A stretch of DNA of 57,322 nucleotides from IMG/VR virus record IMGVR_UViG_3300046028_008890, positions 1 to 57,322 of that record, one strand, 5' to 3'. The stretch is from a virus (taxonomy: Duplodnaviria; Caudoviricetes). How positions within the stretch are numbered: position 1 is the first letter of the stretch; every line of letters begins with the position of its first letter. The notes beneath the pieces were generated by a model. It was given only the letters and a program-made list of their open reading frames with translations, was not told the origin of the DNA and did no database searches. Shown one piece after another: positions 7,565 through 17,266 of the stretch. Both the position numbers and the translations under genes were made by a program.

Positions 7565-7608
7565 ATGATGGGGCGAAGGCTCCACCTTACATTCACACTA
7601 TAAAATTA

Positions 7609-7869
7609 ATGAATATGAATTACATGATTAATGATCTAGCAAGTAAAGAAGTAGCAATCGCATTCGCTCAATGGACTATCCTTAACGGTATGTGGAACTC
7701 AGACCTCACATTCGATGAACAGTATGAGTGCTGGATGAAGGTACTGGATGACCAGGCGCACGATGCTAGATTGGCACATGACAGTGTGGATGATGAGGAT
7801 TATGAGGATTTCGGGGCATATATTATGGCGAGGAGGAAAATGGAAAGTGTGTTGATGTCGGGGCGCTAG
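7609..7869 (+). CDS. hypothetical protein
   Basis: ORF with own promoter. Confidence 0.7.
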   Translation: MNMNYMINDLASKEVAIAFAQWTILNGMWNSDLTFDEQYECWMKVLDDQAHDARLAHDSVDDEDYEDFGAYIMARRKMESVLMSGR

Positions 7870-8066
7870 CGATTGTTAGCGGCCCGATAGCGGTCTGATT
7901 GCGATCTGCTCCCACGCTAGCCGCGGTCCATCGACGGGGCGGGGGCGGCGTAAAAAAGGATAGGCACATTCTCAACACGCATACACCTCTACACCCCCGA
8001 CAATATATACGCATATACTAACTAATAAATCACATACTACACTATATTTATTAAAAACACACACGT

Positions 8067-8330
8067 ATGAGAATATTGTCTATTATCCTTATTATGTTAT
8101 TAATGTCTAGTTGTAGTAAGTATAGAGTTCAAGTAGTTAACCCAAGAGGATCATTTCATGATGGTGAATACCATAATGGACATTTTTACCCCTATCCTCC
8201 AAATACAAATACAATAATACCCAGTACTCCACTACCTCGTCGAGTAATTAAATCTTCTATAAAAAAGAATAGCAAAAGTGGTTTAAACCAAGTTCCGAGT
8301 AGGTTGCAACATTTCAAAGATCTCCTTTAA
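8067..8330 (+). CDS. putative lipoprotein
   Basis: Signal peptide ending in lipobox-like LMSSC. Confidence 0.6.
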   Translation: MRILSIILIMLLMSSCSKYRVQVVNPRGSFHDGEYHNGHFYPYPPNTNTIIPSTPLPRRVIKSSIKKNSKSGLNQVPSRLQHFKDLL

Positions 8331-8379
8331 CACACCTTTTTATGTCGACAAAGTATATATCACCATCAATAAATCTTTT

Positions 8380-8556
8380 ATGAATAAAAAATATATTGAG
8401 AGTACACTCATGCTAACTAAAGAGGCGTTTAACGATTATATATTAAAACAACAATCAACCCAAGCAACATCGTTTGGGTTAACGTTGGAACAGTATCAAC
8501 AAGCTATTATTGAGGGGTCTGTTGTTCAATCTTCTCCACAATCAGGCAGTTTGTAA
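8380..8556 (+). CDS. 58-aa hypothetical protein (not in ORF track)
   Basis: MNKKYIESTLMLTKEAF...; overlaps the convergent gene by 50 nt. Confidence 0.4.
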   Translation: MNKKYIESTLMLTKEAFNDYILKQQSTQATSFGLTLEQYQQAIIEGSVVQSSPQSGSL

Positions 8557-9025
8557 AATCCTTACCCAAATCCTCAATCACACGTTGCGCCGTCACCGAA
8601 TCGATGCTAAACATTTCCCTATTCTCAGCTACCCTATATTGACTCAGATGTTCATGTACTCGTTGCTCTAATATGTGTGAAGCATAACATTTAAGCGCCC
8701 AAACAGGTACCCATGGCGTTGGAACACCGGTCGCTCTATTAATATCGCGCGCACGTTTTACTGGTGTGTCGGTAGTCATCCCTATCTTCACCATACCAGG
8801 CATCGATCTATTTACTAACACATACACATATTCCATCGCACGCACACCACCCGATGAATCTATTACGGGTTCTTTTAAATAAATTATATCTTCCCATCCC
8901 TCTTTAAATCCAGGATCTGTTGTAGGCATTAATGCATAGTGAGTAGCCATATTACCCTCACCCGGCTTTAGCCGTATATAATATTGTATATCCTTAGCGG
9001 GAATGCGTATAAAATTTCCTTTCAT
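8507..9025 (-). CDS. T5orf172-like (GIY-YIG superfamily) protein
   Basis: YVYVLVN..MPGMVKIGMT..P..RA..I..ATGVPTP motif; early-type promoter on the minus strand at ~9030-9060. Confidence 0.85.
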   Translation of the reverse strand: MKGNFIRIPAKDIQYYIRLKPGEGNMATHYALMPTTDPGFKEGWEDIIYLKEPVIDSSGGVRAMEYVYVLVNRSMPGMVKIGMTTDTPVKRARDINRATGVPTPWVPVWALKCYASHILEQRVHEHLSQYRVAENREMFSIDSVTAQRVIEDLGKDFTNCLIVEKIEQQTPQ

Positions 9026-9165
9026 CTACAATAATATAAACTAGATATTTTGACAGTCAAAGTGCTTTTAATATGTTTAATAGTATATACGGATTAAGAT
9101 GGTGGTGGTGGGAGCCATATGCTGCATACATTATTATTTTAACATATTTATGGAAAATATAGGAA

Positions 9166-9426
9166 ATGGTATTTAAGATAAATTCTGGAGATAAAGCTGC
9201 CTTTTTAAATCGTATGGAAAAACAAGGCGAAACCATCAGCAGTAAGCAAATTAAAGACGTTAAACTCGAAGATTATTTTGAAGTAGAAATTACTAATCCT
9301 GAGCAGTTAGAAATTACAAAAGCAATTCTAAAACAGTCTCCAAAAATAAACACATTAAATGAAAGACTTACTAAAAGTTCACTTAAAGAAATGGTGCGTC
9401 GGGAATTGTATAGAATCCATAATTAA
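9166..9426 (+). CDS. hypothetical protein
   Basis: ORF after ATATTTAT motif. Confidence 0.75.
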   Translation: MVFKINSGDKAAFLNRMEKQGETISSKQIKDVKLEDYFEVEITNPEQLEITKAILKQSPKINTLNERLTKSSLKEMVRRELYRIHN

Positions 9427-9445
9427 TAAATAATATTATAAAGAT

Positions 9446-9473
9446 AGGGTGTCTTAAAAAAGACGCTCTTTTT
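9446..9473 (+). terminator. rho-independent terminator
   Basis: AGGGTGTCT/AGACGCTCT stem with G-U pairs, then Ts. Confidence 0.6.
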
Positions 9474-9600
9474 CTTTGGAGGTATAAAATTTCTTCGGTA
9501 ACTTCGCCCTACGAGGGTTAGGGAAATGAGGGAATGAGAGATAGTAGCATGGGTTGGGAAAACGGAGGAAATCGTATATTTATATATATAAACAAACATT

Positions 9601-9798
9601 ATGAAGTATAAAAACAACGTTGCGGAAAAATTAGGACAATTAGATGCGACAGCAAACAGAATTAAGTTTCAAGTAAATAGGGCTGCGGATCAAGATTTGA
9701 CTTTAGAATCGATTGAAGATTTAAAAGAACAAATTGAAAAATTACAAGAAATGATTTCTTTGGAGCAAGACGATTTTGCACAACAATTTAGAGGGTAA
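9601..9798 (+). CDS. hypothetical coiled-coil protein
   Basis: ORF after the promoter motif. Confidence 0.75.
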   Translation: MKYKNNVAEKLGQLDATANRIKFQVNRAADQDLTLESIEDLKEQIEKLQEMISLEQDDFAQQFRG

Positions 9799-9803
9799 TA
9801 ACT

Positions 9804-10076
9804 ATGGTATGGTTTTGGGTAATAATAATTCATTTAATTGAAGTTGTAGCAATAGGAGTATTTCTACTTATTAGACGTAACGGTGCACTTGAAAAAGCAG
9901 TTAACGATCAACAGCAATACATTGATGCTATTAGTATAGTAATTAGTGATTCTGATAGACGTTTACGTGAATTAGATACTATGGGTGCTTTTGAAGCGGA
10001 TGATGAAGTAGGTACTTTCTTCCAAAATTTAAGAGAAATACAAACTTCCATTAGTCAGTTTAATAATAGAAAGTAA
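9804..10076 (+). CDS. membrane-anchored hypothetical protein
   Basis: N-terminal TM helix plus coiled coil. Confidence 0.75.
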   Translation: MVWFWVIIIHLIEVVAIGVFLLIRRNGALEKAVNDQQQYIDAISIVISDSDRRLRELDTMGAFEADDEVGTFFQNLREIQTSISQFNNRK

Positions 10077-10127
10077 CTTGGTTATGTAACTTATTTCCCG
10101 TATATTGATATTAAAATAGGGAATTAC

Positions 10128-10901
10128 ATGTCATATTATGAAAATTATGGAGCTGATATATTTGCTGATGAGAAGGTATCCTTGACTAAACGTGGCTTAC
10201 CACGCAAGCGAAAACCAAAGGAACCTCGTATTTACTTTACTCAGGATACTGAAGATGCTATTGTAGAATATCTTATTACTGTAGATACTACTGAACGTAA
10301 TCGCATTTATAATGATCGTATTGAATATGGTTTTTATAAGTTAGCCGAAAATATAATTCATACGTTTAAATTTTATTATACTGATACGGATACAATTGAA
10401 GAACTCAAGCATGAGGTTATTACCTTCTTGCTTGAGAAACTTCATTTATATAAGCCAGAAAAAGGTAAAGCATTTTCTTATTTTGGTACTATTGCTAAAC
10501 GCTATCTTATAGTTTATAATGAAAATAACTATAAGAAACTTCAGGAAAGAGCTGATGTAGATGCATCGGATGAAGATCAGATGCAGTTATATGAAAATGA
10601 TAAAAATTTAGAGAATATATTTAATGAAAATAATTTTATGGATCAGTATATTCGATATATTGATAAACATATATATAAATTATTTCCTAAAAAACAAGAC
10701 GCTCAAACAGCAGATGCTATTGTTGAATTATTTCGTAAACGTGAAACATTAGAAATATTTAATAAGAAAGCACTATACATTTATATTCGTGAAATAACAG
10801 ACGTATCTACACCTCAAATAACTAAGATAATTAAAAAATTAAAGATAATATACGTTCAATTGTATAATGACTATTATCAACACGGATATATAAAGATTTA
10901 A
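10128..10901 (+). CDS. phage RNA polymerase sigma factor (T4 gp55-like late sigma)
   Basis: Region-2-like segment KLAENII...ELKHEVITFLLEKLHLYKPEKGKAFSYFGTIAKRY. Confidence 0.75.
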   Translation: MSYYENYGADIFADEKVSLTKRGLPRKRKPKEPRIYFTQDTEDAIVEYLITVDTTERNRIYNDRIEYGFYKLAENIIHTFKFYYTDTDTIEELKHEVITFLLEKLHLYKPEKGKAFSYFGTIAKRYLIVYNENNYKKLQERADVDASDEDQMQLYENDKNLENIFNENNFMDQYIRYIDKHIYKLFPKKQDAQTADAIVELFRKRETLEIFNKKALYIYIREITDVSTPQITKIIKKLKIIYVQLYNDYYQHGYIKI

Positions 10902-10907
10902 TTACTT

Positions 10908-10916
10908 ATATTTATA
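10908..10916 (+). promoter_or_regulatory. putative late promoter ATATTTATA (representative copy)
   Basis: The ATATTTAT core also precedes genes near 9144, 13738, 17241, 23191, 28267, 31217, 32799, 37235, 38406, 43497, 48772, 50515, 52632, 54551. Confidence 0.7.
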
Positions 10917-10930
10917 CGTAAACATAATTT

Positions 10931-11314
10931 ATGACTAATTTTGATGATGTTACTATATTTGGTAATACATCACTATCAGACTTGTTTAAACAAATACATA
11001 GGAATAATAAAGATATTGATAAACAAATCAATGAATTTATTGATACTCTTAAACCTATTGCTACGTCTAATGCAGGTTCCGCAGTGATGTTAATGCCTAC
11101 TGTTAAAGATTTAATTGATGTTAACGTTAAGAATAACGAACAATTAATTAAAATAGCAGGTATAGCGCAGCGTGCTTCAACTGTCAACGCTAATGCTGGG
11201 CAGGAACTAATTAATATGGATGAAATTACGGCTTTAATTGAAGAACAAAAAGCAGTGCAAGAGCAAGGTCAAAAACTATTAGAACAAACCCCGGTAATAC
11301 AAATAGGACAATAA
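10931..11314 (+). CDS. hypothetical protein
   Basis: First ORF of the structural operon. Confidence 0.8.
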   Translation: MTNFDDVTIFGNTSLSDLFKQIHRNNKDIDKQINEFIDTLKPIATSNAGSAVMLMPTVKDLIDVNVKNNEQLIKIAGIAQRASTVNANAGQELINMDEITALIEEQKAVQEQGQKLLEQTPVIQIGQ

Positions 11315-12483
11315 TGAGAGTAAAAGAAAATCTATCATCTGTTGTTGCTTCTATAGGTAAAAATAATTTTTCACCTGCTAAAAAGGCTCAGGTAGGTAGA
11401 GTATATGGTGTTGTTACTACTGAAAATACTCCTACTAAAGAGATGTTTGAAAAAGTAGGTGGATACAGTGGTATAGGTACTATATTTTATCTTGATTATG
11501 AACAATCTAAAAATATTATTGGAACAATAGATAATAGTTTTTTAAATACATGTAAAACAGCTAAATCTCTTTACCCACAATTCCAGTATTATCCTATATT
11601 AGGAGAGTTAGTTTTTTTAGAGGATTTACCATCACCCGTTTCTCAAATATCAAATACTTCTTCTCAAAAATATTATATAAGCTCTATTAATTTATGGAAT
11701 AACCAACAACAAAATTCCCAACCAGCAAATGATAATGCTAGCTTAGGAGTTACATTTGTTGAAAATCCAAAGATTAAGGCATTATTATCTTTTGAAGGAG
11801 ATCATATATTACAAGGTAGACAAGGAAACGCTTTAAGATTTAGTACTACTACTACGTTATATAAGAATTTAAATGAATGGAGTGATATAGGTAAAGATGA
11901 TGATCCTATTACTATATTATCAAATGGATTTGCATATGATCCTAATGAAAAATTTCATGTAGAGAAAATAAATAAAGATTTATCTTCTATCTATTTAACC
12001 TCAGCTCAAAAAATTCCTTTACAAACAGATAAAACAGGTATATTAAATAATTTAACTAATCCTTTAAATGTACCTGACTATTTCAGTGCTCAAGCTATTA
12101 TTAATAGTGATAGAGTTACTATAAATTCTAAAAAGGATGAAGTAATGATATTTGCTAAAACAAATATTGAATTAAATACCAAAAATATTATTAATTTAAA
12201 CGCAGATGAACGTGTACATTTAAATTCTAATGCTGTATTTTTAGGACCTTATACTAATGTAGCTCCTCAACCAGTATTATTAGGATATGAAACAATAAGA
12301 TTATTTCAACACCTACAAGAAACATTAACTAGACTAGCTTCATATCTATCTAGTGCTGTTAGTACTCCTGAAGGCGCTCCTATATTAGGATTAACATCCG
12401 CTGGTAGAGATTTAATGGGAGATATGAAAAGGGTATGTGATTTATTAGAAAAAATTCCTTCACAAAAAGTATTCACAGCATAA
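11314..12483 (+). CDS. putative baseplate hub/spike protein (gp5/gpV-like)
   Basis: C-terminal short beta repeats (IINSDRVTINSKKDEVMIFAKTNIELN); upstream of gp25-like gene. Confidence 0.55.
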   Translation: MRVKENLSSVVASIGKNNFSPAKKAQVGRVYGVVTTENTPTKEMFEKVGGYSGIGTIFYLDYEQSKNIIGTIDNSFLNTCKTAKSLYPQFQYYPILGELVFLEDLPSPVSQISNTSSQKYYISSINLWNNQQQNSQPANDNASLGVTFVENPKIKALLSFEGDHILQGRQGNALRFSTTTTLYKNLNEWSDIGKDDDPITILSNGFAYDPNEKFHVEKINKDLSSIYLTSAQKIPLQTDKTGILNNLTNPLNVPDYFSAQAIINSDRVTINSKKDEVMIFAKTNIELNTKNIINLNADERVHLNSNAVFLGPYTNVAPQPVLLGYETIRLFQHLQETLTRLASYLSSAVSTPEGAPILGLTSAGRDLMGDMKRVCDLLEKIPSQKVFTA

Positions 12484-13736
12484 TGTCTAATACAACTAAC
12501 ATATCACCCGTAATATCTCCTGATATTTTAAAAACAATATCATCATCTACTGCTATTAAAACTTTTGGTTCACAGTTAAAAGATAAAAATAAAGAAACTG
12601 TAATTATAGGGAATCAATCTAAGACAGCAAATATAGATACTGAATTAGATGATTTAACGAAAAAAGAAATCCAAGCCGGAATAAATAAGGATAATACAAT
12701 TCAAAAGGCTCAATCTGATTTTAATACAAACCAGATCACTCAGGATCAATACAATGATATCATTATTAGTGCTAATTTTACTTATGAAACTGAGATAGCT
12801 ACTATTAGTATTCAAAGGCAAAAATTAGAACAAGATAAACAAAATATAAATAATAATCCAAACGATAAAATAAAAAACCAACAAAAATCTTTTAAAGCAA
12901 GTATTAAAAATTTAAAGAAAAAAACTCAAGAATCCGAAACTAAATCAAAACAAGATTTAACTAAACAGGTTGTTTCTAATGTAACAAAAACACTAGTTCC
13001 TATTATTGCGTTGCAATTAGCAAATAGTTTTTCGACATTAATTACACAAAGAAAAAAATTAGAAGAATTAGTTGATCAAGTAAATAATTATATAGATACT
13101 AAAGTTAAAGATCAAACTACTGTTATTATAGCAACTAATTTAAGGAATAATGCTATTACTTTAATTAATAATAATATTAAAAAATTAGAAAATTTAAAGA
13201 AAAATATTGAACGTATAAATAAAATAGTAACTACAATTGTCGTAGTAGTAACTATAATTGAACGTATACTTAGTTTACCTATTCCCGTTTTATTACCTAT
13301 AAAAGTTCAATTTCAACCTAAACTACAAAAATTACTAAGATTAATATCGGGACTAAGTGCATTATTAGTTATAGCTATTATGTTATTATCAAATGAAATA
13401 ATAAGATTAAACGAATTAAGAGATCGCTTAAAAGAAGTTAGTTTAAAATTAGATGGAAAAACGTTAGAAAATTTAAATGACAAACAATTATCTGAATTAT
13501 CAAATGAATTCCTCCCAGCAGGTGGGAATTATGGATCTTACAAAGGATTTAAATTTGCGATTAAAGAAGAACAAAATGCAAAGTTTGTTGTTAAAGGTAA
13601 TAAACGTCGCTATGCAGTAGCTATTGATCGTTATGGTGTTGAAATTATTAAAAGTGAATATTCGTTCACATTAGACCCTAACGATCTAATAGAACAATTA
13701 AAATTAGTTATTGATCAACAAAATTTACAAGGATAA
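12483..13736 (+). CDS. hypothetical coiled-coil protein with hydrophobic segments
   Basis: Long ORF in the baseplate operon. Confidence 0.7.
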   Translation: MSNTTNISPVISPDILKTISSSTAIKTFGSQLKDKNKETVIIGNQSKTANIDTELDDLTKKEIQAGINKDNTIQKAQSDFNTNQITQDQYNDIIISANFTYETEIATISIQRQKLEQDKQNINNNPNDKIKNQQKSFKASIKNLKKKTQESETKSKQDLTKQVVSNVTKTLVPIIALQLANSFSTLITQRKKLEELVDQVNNYIDTKVKDQTTVIIATNLRNNAITLINNNIKKLENLKKNIERINKIVTTIVVVVTIIERILSLPIPVLLPIKVQFQPKLQKLLRLISGLSALLVIAIMLLSNEIIRLNELRDRLKEVSLKLDGKTLENLNDKQLSELSNEFLPAGGNYGSYKGFKFAIKEEQNAKFVVKGNKRRYAVAIDRYGVEIIKSEYSFTLDPNDLIEQLKLVIDQQNLQG

Positions 13737-13749
13737 AATATTTATAATT

Positions 13750-14109
13750 ATGAATACTAAGGCATTTAAAAGATTAATTAAGGAAGCAGTAATTGATGCT
13801 ATTCATGAAGAATTACCATTCATTCTTGAAGAGCACATGGCTAAACAAGAAAAAAAGGCATTACGTGAAAATAGAACAATGAGTTTTAATAGTAGCGATG
13901 TGATAGCAGGAAATCCTGATGTTAGATCATCATTGCGTGCTAAAATGGGTGAACAATTTGGTTTTCAACAACCTCAACCTAAACTAGAAGTAATAGATGC
14001 TATTGACGACCTAACAGGAGAACGTGTAAATCCATTTGCCGCTTTTATAGCAGACTCAGCAGCTAATATGACTGCTCAAGATATATCAGGATTAAGAAAT
14101 TTAGGATAA
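13750..14109 (+). CDS. hypothetical virion protein
   Basis: Start moved to 13750 after ATATTTATA; FKRLIKEAV leader. Confidence 0.75.
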   Translation: MNTKAFKRLIKEAVIDAIHEELPFILEEHMAKQEKKALRENRTMSFNSSDVIAGNPDVRSSLRAKMGEQFGFQQPQPKLEVIDAIDDLTGERVNPFAAFIADSAANMTAQDISGLRNLG

Positions 14110-14110
14110 T

Positions 14111-14521
14111 ATGCCAATACCTCAAACAATACGTGTAAATCCGTTAGATTTACAAAAGAATATTGCTATTGGGGTATCTTTACCTTTTAATGGCCCTGGA
14201 GTATTCAACAGTACTTATACTACTAAAGATCAAATTAAATCAAATCTAGTTAATTTATTATTGACTAGTACTGGTGAGCGAATAATGAATCCTAATTTTG
14301 GAACGTTATTAAAACGATTCTTGTTTGAAGGAATTACAGATAGTAACTTAGAATCTTTAAAAGATAATTTATTAAACAGTATATCAATATACATACCAGA
14401 TATTACTGTAACTAGTATTATTATTACCCCCAATACTGATTACAATTCTATAGATTTAAATATAGATTATGTAGTTAATATTTCACAATCTCCTGATCAA
14501 GTAACAGTACAATTTACATAA
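14111..14521 (+). CDS. baseplate wedge subunit, gp25/GPW family
   Basis: QIKSNLVNLLLTSTGERIMNPNFG motif. Confidence 0.9.
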   Translation: MPIPQTIRVNPLDLQKNIAIGVSLPFNGPGVFNSTYTTKDQIKSNLVNLLLTSTGERIMNPNFGTLLKRFLFEGITDSNLESLKDNLLNSISIYIPDITVTSIIITPNTDYNSIDLNIDYVVNISQSPDQVTVQFT

Positions 14522-14523
14522 TA

Positions 14524-16371
14524 ATGACTAACGAAGATAAAAATATATCATATTTAAATAAAGACTTTGGAGCCTTTAAAGCGGCATTGCAACAATATGC
14601 TAAAACATATTTTCCTTCAACATATAATGATTTTTCAGAAGCTACTCCGGGTAATATGTTTATCGAAATATCATCATATGTTGGTGATGTTATGTCATTT
14701 TATTTAGATACTCAAACACAAGAGAATTTTCTTATATATGCTAAAGAAAAAGAAAATTTATATGCTTTATCTTATGTGATGGGATATCGTCCTAAAGCAT
14801 CATATGCTTCTAATACTACTGTAGATGTATACCAATTAATGCCTGCTACCTCCTCAGACGGAGGCACAACATTCTTTCCAAATTATAATATATACGGTCT
14901 AATAATTCCAGCTAATACTACTATTACTTCGGCTGCTACTGGTATTAAGTTTTTAACCACGCAACAAATAGATTTTACAGATACAGGTAGTACTGAAATT
15001 AGTTTTGTAGATAATAATTATTTTCTATTTAAAAAATCTACTGAAGCTATATCAGCTGAATTAAAAGAAACAACTATATCATTCCCAGGAAATCAAAAAT
15101 TTGCTACTACAACTATTACTGATACTAATATTTTACAAATATTAAGAGTTACAGGTAGCGATAGTAATACATGGTATGAAGTTCCATATTTAGCCCAAGC
15201 ATCAATATTTCAAAAAGTAGCTAACCCTTCATATTCTACAGATCAAGTTCCTTATTTATTACAATTACAGAAAGTACCTAGAAGGTTTACCTCTAGAATA
15301 CTATCAGATAATACCTTACAATTAGAGTTTGGAGCCGGTTTATCTTCAAATAAAACAGATAGCCAAATCCTCCCAACCCCAGATAATATTCAACTAGGAT
15401 TAGTACCGGGTATTTCATTATTAACAAATAACTATAATGAAGCTTCTGTATTCTTTACTCAAGAATATGGATTAGCCCCTTCTGGAAATTATAATGTAAA
15501 ATATCTAGTTGGTGGTGGTATTACATCAAATATAGCTGCTAATGATTTGACTACTATAGATACATCTGGACTTTATTTTAAAAATGGTAATCCTGGAGGT
15601 GGAATAGCGGCTACTGTATTATCAAGTGTAGTATCTTCTAATCCCAATCCTTCATCTGGAGGTAGGAATGGAGATACAATTGATGAAATAAGACAAAATG
15701 CTTTATATTCATATTCAACTCAATTAAGAGCTGTAACAAAAGATGATTATATTATTAGAGCATTATCAATGCCTTCTAATTACGGAACCTTAGCTAAAGC
15801 TTATATTTCACAAGACTTTACTCGAGATGATCTTCAACAAACAGTAGCCAATACTCAACCTGGTAATTCTCTTGCTTTAGATTTATATATTTTATCTTAT
15901 AATAATAATAAACAATTAACTACTGCTTCTACTACATTAAAGCAAAATCTAGTAACATATCTTAATGAATATAGAATGGTTACGGATGCTATTAATATTA
16001 GGGATGCCTACTATATTAATATAGGAATTAATTTTGATATAGTAATATTGAGTGGATATTCAAATAAAGACGTACTAACTAATTGTATTTCAACTATACA
16101 AGACCACTTCAATATAGATAAATGGCAAATAAATCAACCAATCATACTTTCAGATATTCAATCTAAACTTTTACAAGTTAAAGGAGTACAATCTGTAATT
16201 AAAATGGAAATAGTAAACAAACAAGACTCTACTAATACTACATATTCTCAATATGGATATGACATAGCTGGTGCTACTAGACAAGGAAATATATATCCTT
16301 CCCTAGACCCAGCAATATTTGAAGTTAGATATCCTAACACAGATATACAGGGTAGAGTTGTTGTTATGTAA
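14524..16371 (+). CDS. baseplate wedge subunit (T4 gp6 / baseplate J-like)
   Basis: YLNKDF, GNMFIEISSYVGDVMSFYLD, RAVTKDDY motifs; follows gp25. Confidence 0.85.
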   Translation: MTNEDKNISYLNKDFGAFKAALQQYAKTYFPSTYNDFSEATPGNMFIEISSYVGDVMSFYLDTQTQENFLIYAKEKENLYALSYVMGYRPKASYASNTTVDVYQLMPATSSDGGTTFFPNYNIYGLIIPANTTITSAATGIKFLTTQQIDFTDTGSTEISFVDNNYFLFKKSTEAISAELKETTISFPGNQKFATTTITDTNILQILRVTGSDSNTWYEVPYLAQASIFQKVANPSYSTDQVPYLLQLQKVPRRFTSRILSDNTLQLEFGAGLSSNKTDSQILPTPDNIQLGLVPGISLLTNNYNEASVFFTQEYGLAPSGNYNVKYLVGGGITSNIAANDLTTIDTSGLYFKNGNPGGGIAATVLSSVVSSNPNPSSGGRNGDTIDEIRQNALYSYSTQLRAVTKDDYIIRALSMPSNYGTLAKAYISQDFTRDDLQQTVANTQPGNSLALDLYILSYNNNKQLTTASTTLKQNLVTYLNEYRMVTDAINIRDAYYINIGINFDIVILSGYSNKDVLTNCISTIQDHFNIDKWQINQPIILSDIQSKLLQVKGVQSVIKMEIVNKQDSTNTTYSQYGYDIAGATRQGNIYPSLDPAIFEVRYPNTDIQGRVVVM

Positions 16372-16382
16372 AAGTTTAAGAT

Positions 16383-17222
16383 ATGAAATTAGAAAGAGGT
16401 GATAATAATATAAATGTAAAATTACTACAAGAAAAATTAGGATTAGAACCCATTGGAAATTTCGGTCCTAAAACTGAAAAAGCAGTAAAGGAATTTCAAA
16501 AAAAATATGGATTATCTGTTGATGGAGTTGTTAATGATAAAACGTGGCAGATGATTATGGGAATTGCTTTAAGTAAACCTTTAACCCCACCTCCCCCTCC
16601 TCCTCCTCCACTTCCTAATACTACTAATTTAAAGATAGACAAATTAAAAGGACATATACCTGATAGTGTAATAGTTCAAATACCTACTGTTATTACTAAA
16701 TTTCAAATTAATACACCTTTACGTTTAGCTCATTTCCTATCACAGTGTGGGCATGAAAGTGGAGGATTTAAAATAGTAAATGAAAACTTAAATTATAGTG
16801 CTAAAGGATTAACAAAAATATTTAAAAAATATTTCCCAACAGAAATTAAAGCTAAAGAATACGAACGTAAACCAGAAAAAATTGCTAATTTAGTCTATGG
16901 CAGCCGCATGGGTAATGGCGCAGAAACAACAGGTGAAGGCTATAAATTTCGCGGACGTGGTTATATTCAATTGACTGGCAAAGACAACTATAAAGCGTTT
17001 GATGCAGTTGTTACTGAATCGATTGTTGATAATCCTGATTTAGTAGCAACTATATATCCACTAGCGTCAGCCGCTTGGTTTTTTACTAGATGTTTATCCA
17101 AATGTGATTTAGGTAATTCGGATGATGTTGTTACTCTTGTTACAAAATGTGTTAATGGGGGTACTATTGGTTTAGCAGATCGTATTAAGCATTTTAAAGA
17201 ATATTATACGTTGTTAGCATAA
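16383..17222 (+). CDS. endolysin: peptidoglycan-binding domain, poly-Pro linker, GH19 chitinase-like lysozyme
   Basis: FGPKTEKAVKEFQ..GL.VDGVV; HFLSQCGHES, FRGRGYIQLTG, VNGG motifs. Confidence 0.9.
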   Translation: MKLERGDNNINVKLLQEKLGLEPIGNFGPKTEKAVKEFQKKYGLSVDGVVNDKTWQMIMGIALSKPLTPPPPPPPPLPNTTNLKIDKLKGHIPDSVIVQIPTVITKFQINTPLRLAHFLSQCGHESGGFKIVNENLNYSAKGLTKIFKKYFPTEIKAKEYERKPEKIANLVYGSRMGNGAETTGEGYKFRGRGYIQLTGKDNYKAFDAVVTESIVDNPDLVATIYPLASAAWFFTRCLSKCDLGNSDDVVTLVTKCVNGGTIGLADRIKHFKEYYTLLA

Positions 17223-17266
17223 AACAAATTTGTAATTGCTATATTTATATGTAGTAACTACTAATT

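Larger units (their letters stand above)
1160..7600 (+). promoter_or_regulatory. array of ~23 copies of an early promoter, G(T/G)C(A/G)-N12-TAYATTYA plus an A-rich leader, one before nearly every small gene
   Basis: Copies near 1164,1340,2011,2294,2541,2766,3011,3452,3667,4176,4496,4713,5034,5335,5648,5899,6254,6596,6749,6964,7100,7337,7572. Spacing from G to TA is usually 16 nt. Several have TTTG/TTAG 20 nt upstream of TATATTTA, like the Bacteroidota -33/-7 promoter. Confidence 0.85.

Noticed and set aside
7823-8014. Minus-strand ORF with poly-Pro
   Set aside because: By-product of the G-rich patch; no leader
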